From Deltaproteobacteria bacterium (lineage in GTDB: Bacteria > Bdellovibrionota > FAC87 > UBA2466), in NCBI GenBank assembly GCA_043776735.1, contig JAYVQZ010000444.1, positions 1-50,108 of the forward strand: DNA of 50,108 nucleotides, in the 5' to 3' direction. Position 1 is the stretch's first letter. The number at the start of each line of letters is the position of its first letter. The notes under the pieces were generated by a model. The model worked only from the letters and a program-made list of their open reading frames with translations, was not told the origin of the DNA and did not search any database. The position numbers and the translations under genes were made by a program. Positions 46,150 to 50,108 of this stretch are shown in pieces.

Positions 46150-46722
46150 CTATGGAACACTTAAAATTCTTTTGACCACCGTTTGGGCGGTAAGGTCGTG
46201 CAAAGCTCGAGCGTCATCACGGATAAAGGCCATCCCCCAGCCCAGCGCAAAGGGCAGTGTAGAGAGGGGCTTACCAATCAGTTCTCGAACAATGGCTCTA
46301 CCAAATCCGATGCGTGAGCCGGTCTTAGCATCCACAACGCGCAGGCCAAGGAGAAGCTTTCCTGGGCTGCCACCAAATGCGGAAAGCGTGGCGCAAAAAT
46401 AGAGAAAAAAGAGCAACCCATGAGCGACGTGCTCAAAAAATGGCAATAGTTGTTCTGTCTTGAGCAATTCCTGCTTTGGCAAAAATTGAGAGACTAAGCT
46501 CAGTTTTTGCAGGTTTGCCAGAAAATTTGGGCCCATCGAAGTAAAGGTGTGGTGGATTCCACTCCACAACAACCAAAACAAGATCGCGTCGAGAAGAAAA
46601 GCTCCTGTTCGGATCCAAAAATCCGCATTGGGACAGTCCAAAAAATGGTCGTCTTCGGCCTCAAGCAGCGCTTCCGAGATCGTTTTGGGCCGGGTGGGCC
46701 CTCGGGGAACGTAAGTGCCCAT
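46150..46722 (-). CDS. RDD-family membrane protein
   Basis: RTGAFLLDAILF (R..D), GGSPGKLLLGLRVV, ALHDLTAQTVV (D). This is the canonical RDD pattern. ATG 46722 shares 1 nt with the upstream stop (TGATG). The track ORF extends to 46830. Confidence 0.75.
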   Translation of the reverse strand: MGTYVPRGPTRPKTISEALLEAEDDHFLDCPNADFWIRTGAFLLDAILFWLLWSGIHHTFTSMGPNFLANLQKLSLVSQFLPKQELLKTEQLLPFFEHVAHGLLFFLYFCATLSAFGGSPGKLLLGLRVVDAKTGSRIGFGRAIVRELIGKPLSTLPFALGWGMAFIRDDARALHDLTAQTVVKRILSVP

Positions 46723-47981
46723 CAGCGACCTCTCCGCAGTCCCGTAGCGTCGAATAAGGCTAAGATTTTTTCTGCCTCTTCTTCCGCTTCTGCTGGCGCC
46801 ATTAGCTCCCCCTTTTCTTTGGAGAACCATGGAGTCAACGAGCGTTTGTGCTGCTCGTGGTAGCGGATTAAGCGAAGGGAGGCTTCAGTCACTTCGGCCA
46901 CAGTCCCTTCCTGTGTCCAAAAGTGGTTTTCTAGCTGATATTCGCGTAGTTCCCTTTTTTGTCCGAAGAAAAACAGTAAGGTTCCCGCATCTAGAAGTGA
47001 GGGATAAAAGTTTTCAAGTTTGGGAACGGTAAGAAGGTAGCGGAGTGAATTTTCCATCGCAAAGAAAGGAAGAGGACGTTTGAACGGCTTTTTGAGGAGC
47101 GCCTTTTCCAACTGACTCATTTGATCCCGAGTTCCCTGCGGTAAACTCCATGGATTTTTCTTCGTATCAAAGAGCCGTTTGACCGCGCCTTCCCGCTTTT
47201 CCCAGACCTTAAGGATCCCTTCGCGCATTCTTTCCCAGCACTCGACCTCTAAGGCGCCGCCCAAGAGTTGGGTGGCGATTCGACCCAACTGGGTCGAGTC
47301 AACGGCCGAGGGTTCCGTGGGCGCGATTGAGCCAAACCATTCCGATAAAAGCTGTAGTTCTTTGGCCCTTTGCCCAAAACCCAGATCCCTCTGCACCATT
47401 TTGGGAATGGAAGGCCGTGGGGCTGCCGGAGCCGGAGCCGTGTTGTTGAACTCAATCCGTTGTGGCGGCGGCTCTAGATCCGGAATTGGCGTTTCTGGGG
47501 TGGACGAGGTGGCTTCAAATTGAGGCGACATCATCGCGGAATCTTCGATCTCCGACGCTTGAGCCTCTGCTTCAAGAGTGCCCAAGTCGGTGATCACTGT
47601 AGGTTCTACCCCATCCTCTTCCATTGGACTAAGTGGGGGTGATTCCATTTCCGGGGCTGAGTTTTCCACGACGACGGGCACGCAAAGCTCAGCAAGAGTT
47701 TTTTGACTCCAACTTTCGCTGGTTAGGTTCTCTAAATCGAGCAAGATCTGGCAGTAGATCTCCTTACACCTGTGGAAGCTTGCGGCGACATCTTGAAGCG
47801 ACTGAGGCAAATCAGCGCGTTCGTAGTCACCCGAGGCTTCTTCAAGCGCTCGACCCAATTGATCAAGAGTGGCCTCTGCCAAGTGTTCGGCCTCGGCATA
47901 AGGCTCCGCTATCAATTGAACCACCAGCTCATGAATAGGAGAGCTGGACGTCGTCTTAGTATTTTCGTCGTTGGAGAACAT
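46722..47981 (-). CDS. Acidic cytoplasmic hypothetical protein (two folded-looking domains joined by a Pro/Glu/Ser-rich linker)
   Basis: 419-aa ORF. No TM or known motif. The ATG is 1 nt after the upstream stop (TAA-C-ATG). Confidence 0.6.
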   Translation of the reverse strand: MFSNDENTKTTSSSPIHELVVQLIAEPYAEAEHLAEATLDQLGRALEEASGDYERADLPQSLQDVAASFHRCKEIYCQILLDLENLTSESWSQKTLAELCVPVVVENSAPEMESPPLSPMEEDGVEPTVITDLGTLEAEAQASEIEDSAMMSPQFEATSSTPETPIPDLEPPPQRIEFNNTAPAPAAPRPSIPKMVQRDLGFGQRAKELQLLSEWFGSIAPTEPSAVDSTQLGRIATQLLGGALEVECWERMREGILKVWEKREGAVKRLFDTKKNPWSLPQGTRDQMSQLEKALLKKPFKRPLPFFAMENSLRYLLTVPKLENFYPSLLDAGTLLFFFGQKRELREYQLENHFWTQEGTVAEVTEASLRLIRYHEQHKRSLTPWFSKEKGELMAPAEAEEEAEKILALFDATGLRRGR

Positions 47982-47982
47982 G

Positions 47983-48261
47983 TTATTGCCTAATGATGCA
48001 CTCCTGGCGCAGTTCTTGGAAAAGCAGCCGTTTGGCTCGGCCTAACCATTCTTCAACATCTCTTAGATTGAGCCCACGAGCGCGCGATAGCTCCACCACA
48101 GTCACTCCGTTGAAATACTCTGAGAGTAGACTTTGGCTATCGATGTCCAGTTGGTTTAGGGCTTTGTCGAAGGTCGACATCACCCGATCCACAGCCTCTT
48201 CGGCGATGGCACTTTGGGCTAACTCACTGACCTCTTCTTGGAAGGAATCTTCTCTTCGCAT
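47983..48261 (-). CDS. Small protein consisting of an acidic helix plus a sigma-70 region-4 (4.2) type HTH, with no region 2
   Basis: LDIDSQSLLSEYFNGVTVVELSRARGLNLRDVEEWLGRAKRLLFQEL follows the ECF region-4 template (L..r..v..l....g.s..EiA...g.s.gtVk..l.RAr..L). I prefer ATG 48261 (AAGGGAG 7 nt upstream) to the track start at 48291. Confidence 0.6.
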   Translation of the reverse strand: MRREDSFQEEVSELAQSAIAEEAVDRVMSTFDKALNQLDIDSQSLLSEYFNGVTVVELSRARGLNLRDVEEWLGRAKRLLFQELRQECIIRQ

Positions 48262-48395
48262 CGGTAACTCCCTTTTAATGCGTTGCTCCATACAAGAGGC
48301 CTATCGGTGGCTTTGATGCGGTGCTTAACAGAAATTTGATTAGATTTTTTAGCTATGCTAAGTAGTGAACTTCATTTCGAATTGAGGACTGTAGG

Positions 48396-49154
48396 ATGAG
48401 GCTGTATTTAGCGTTTGCGTCATTTTTATTATTCGCCGGGTTGTTTTTTACGAGTTCCTGCTCTCATAAAGACGTGAATCCTGAGAGTCCTGACGCCCTT
48501 TTTCAGGATGCTGAGGAGGCGTTTAAAGATGAGAAATACCTAATAGCAATCGAACGTTACCGCGATATTAAGAATCGCTTCCCCTACAGTACCCGGGCTA
48601 CTGACTCAGAGCTCCGCATCGCTGACGCCTTTTTTGAGCAAGAGACCTATATTGAGGCCGAAAGTGCTTACGAGATCTTCAAAGAGTTACACCCGACACA
48701 CCCTAAAATTGACTATGTGCAGTATCGGATAGGGCTTTCTCTTAACAATCAGATACCCTCAAACTCGACTCGCGATCTTACTGCGGCGCAGCGCTCTATT
48801 GATGCGTTCAATGTATTGCTGGAAAAGTATCCAAACTCTTCCTACATCACTAAGGCACGCGAACTAATTTTTGCCGCACGACAAAAGATGGCTGAGCATG
48901 AGCAATACGTGGCTGATTTTTACTATCAGCGTCATCACTACCTCTCGGCAACCTACCGCTACTCCGCTTTGCTTCAAGAGTTTCCAAATATGGGATATGA
49001 TGAGGAAGCTTTATTTCGGTTAGGCAAGAGTTACGTAAACGTAAAGATGTCCGACAATGCGAAAGACATCTTTAGGCGACTTGTCGCCCGTTTCCCCAAC
49101 TCAAGCTACCGAGCTGAGGCAGAGTCGCTAATAAAAGACATTTCCAAGAATTGA
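48396..49154 (+). CDS. bamD: Outer membrane protein assembly factor BamD (YfiO lipoprotein)
   Basis: Lipoprotein signal ending FFTSSC. TPR-like repeats with the BamD pattern (Y..A...Y..I...FP.S..A....L.IA.A.......EA...Y..F...HP.H...DY..Y..G). Confidence 0.8.
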   Translation: MRLYLAFASFLLFAGLFFTSSCSHKDVNPESPDALFQDAEEAFKDEKYLIAIERYRDIKNRFPYSTRATDSELRIADAFFEQETYIEAESAYEIFKELHPTHPKIDYVQYRIGLSLNNQIPSNSTRDLTAAQRSIDAFNVLLEKYPNSSYITKARELIFAARQKMAEHEQYVADFYYQRHHYLSATYRYSALLQEFPNMGYDEEALFRLGKSYVNVKMSDNAKDIFRRLVARFPNSSYRAEAESLIKDISKN

Positions 49155-49198
49155 TTCTGTTTTTTCGGAATCTTTCCTGAGCGAAGCGAAGGATCTCC

Positions 49199-49927
49199 AT
49201 GGACTCACGCGCTCCCTCCGTAGATGAGTTGTTGCGAATCGCCCGCGAGGATATCGCCCGCAATTCTCTTTCTTCCGCGGAAAAAACTCTGGAGCAGGCG
49301 ATTTTAATGAATCACCAAGAGCCAGAGGCTTTTCATTTGCTCGGCTACGTTTATTCCAAACGTGGAAAATTCAAAAAGGCAATACTAGCCTTCCAAAAAA
49401 CTTTGAATTTGGATCCGTTTCATACCGATGCCGCCATTGCGTTGTCTAGCCTTCTCAACGATGTGGGCAAGTATAAAGAAGGCGCCGCTGTCTTTTTCAA
49501 AACAAAAAAGCGGCTCGACGAAACCGCCCCGGGGCACGATCCTCGCATTAACGAAAACTTAAGTAAGCGTCATTACGAGCTAGGGTTGCTCTACATGCGC
49601 TTTGAGCGGTTTAGAGAAGCCCACCACGAATTTTCCAAGGCCTATCACCTGCAAAGCAGCAACCTTTCTGCAGCCGTCCAAATGGCCAAGTGTCTGGCTC
49701 GTAGCGGAGAAAAGCAGAATGCTATTGAGTTTTTGAGAAAAACAATTGAGTCCCACCCTGACCATGTCGAGGCAAAACTACAATTGGGTATTCTCTACCA
49801 TTCTTCGCAAAAACTAAAAGAGGCCAAGCGGCTTTGGGAAGAGGCGCTGACCCAAGAGCCCGAAAATAAGTCGGCTCAAATGTACTTAAGCATGCTTGAG
49901 TACGAACCCTCGGTGAGCCGTCTGTGA
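49199..49927 (+). CDS. TPR-repeat protein
   Basis: Several 34-aa TPR units (AFHLLGYVYSKRGKFKKAILAFQKTLNLDP, HYELGLLYMRFERFREAHHEFSKAYHL, KLQLGILYHSSQKLKEAKRLWEEAL). Confidence 0.7.
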   Translation: MDSRAPSVDELLRIAREDIARNSLSSAEKTLEQAILMNHQEPEAFHLLGYVYSKRGKFKKAILAFQKTLNLDPFHTDAAIALSSLLNDVGKYKEGAAVFFKTKKRLDETAPGHDPRINENLSKRHYELGLLYMRFERFREAHHEFSKAYHLQSSNLSAAVQMAKCLARSGEKQNAIEFLRKTIESHPDHVEAKLQLGILYHSSQKLKEAKRLWEEALTQEPENKSAQMYLSMLEYEPSVSRL

Positions 49928-50108
49928 AAGTTCTTTGGTCCTTTGTGATGGCTCTCTGCCTTGCTCAAGCTACCCAGGCAAAGGCAGCGACGCCTCGTAA
50001 GTCGAAAAAGAAAACCAAGCCAGTCGTCGCTTCCTCTGTGGAAAAACAGCCGGCTGCACCGAAACCTGCGGAGACCAGATCGCCGGCCGCGGCGCCTGAG
50101 ATCAAGAC
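49924..50108 (+). CDS. 5' part of a secreted or basic protein (runs off the window)
   Basis: GTG 49924 overlaps the preceding stop (GTGA). Open to the window end. VKVLWSFVMALCLAQATQA looks like a signal peptide and is followed by a K/P/A-rich tract. Not in the ORF track because it is truncated. Confidence 0.4.
   Translation, partial: MKVLWSFVMALCLAQATQAKAATPRKSKKKTKPVVASSVEKQPAAPKPAETRSPAAAPEIK

Noticed and set aside
1-50108. CRISPR arrays, IS elements, prophage or defence islands, long tandem or interspersed repeats
   Set aside because: Reading both strands, I found no repeat-spacer periodicity, no transposase, integrase or recombinase motifs, and no long duplicated segments. The only tandem duplication seen is the 60-bp in-frame repeat at 4081/4141 inside the large protein gene.

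Overview
Densely coded chromosomal window from a diderm bacterium. The diderm call rests on BamD, an SLT lytic transglycosylase and an AmiC-type amidase. The gene content has a Bdellovibrionota or delta-proteobacteria-like flavour, but I cannot verify the lineage. I support about 45 CDS and 2 tRNAs, and roughly 70% of genes are on the minus strand. I saw no transposase, integrase, CRISPR array, reverse transcriptase or other obvious mobile or defence hallmark.

Most of the window is core housekeeping:
- a partial dcw block (ftsW-murG-murC-murB)
- a modified rpsU-dnaG-rpoD (MMS) region followed by tRNA(CAU)
- queA, rph-rdgB and tRNA-Phe
- nrdAB, rlmE, glpK and radA
- a split transketolase and bamD
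- an unusual density of peptidoglycan remodelling or recycling genes: an AmgK/MurU-like pair, an SLT transglycosylase, a SpoIID/LytB-like protein and an Amidase_3 enzyme

The parts I consider worth a second look:
1. A tightly packed four-gene minus-strand operon at 48261->44835. It encodes a sigma-70 region-4-only mini-protein, a 419-aa acidic two-domain orphan, an RDD membrane protein and a rhomboid protease with a long C-terminal extension. I cannot assign this combination to any described system.
2. A CHASE2 histidine kinase plus a GAFTGA sigma-54 activator sits directly upstream of ftsW. A patatin-like phospholipase overlaps the end of murB, and a near-consensus sigma-54 -24/-12 promoter lies in front of the next gene, the lytic transglycosylase.
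3. Several tight couplings pair core genes with uncharacterised partners: radA with DUF2723, DUF2400 with rlmE, and mpg inside the MMS operon.

All calls come from reading motifs in the supplied translations and DNA. No database search was run.
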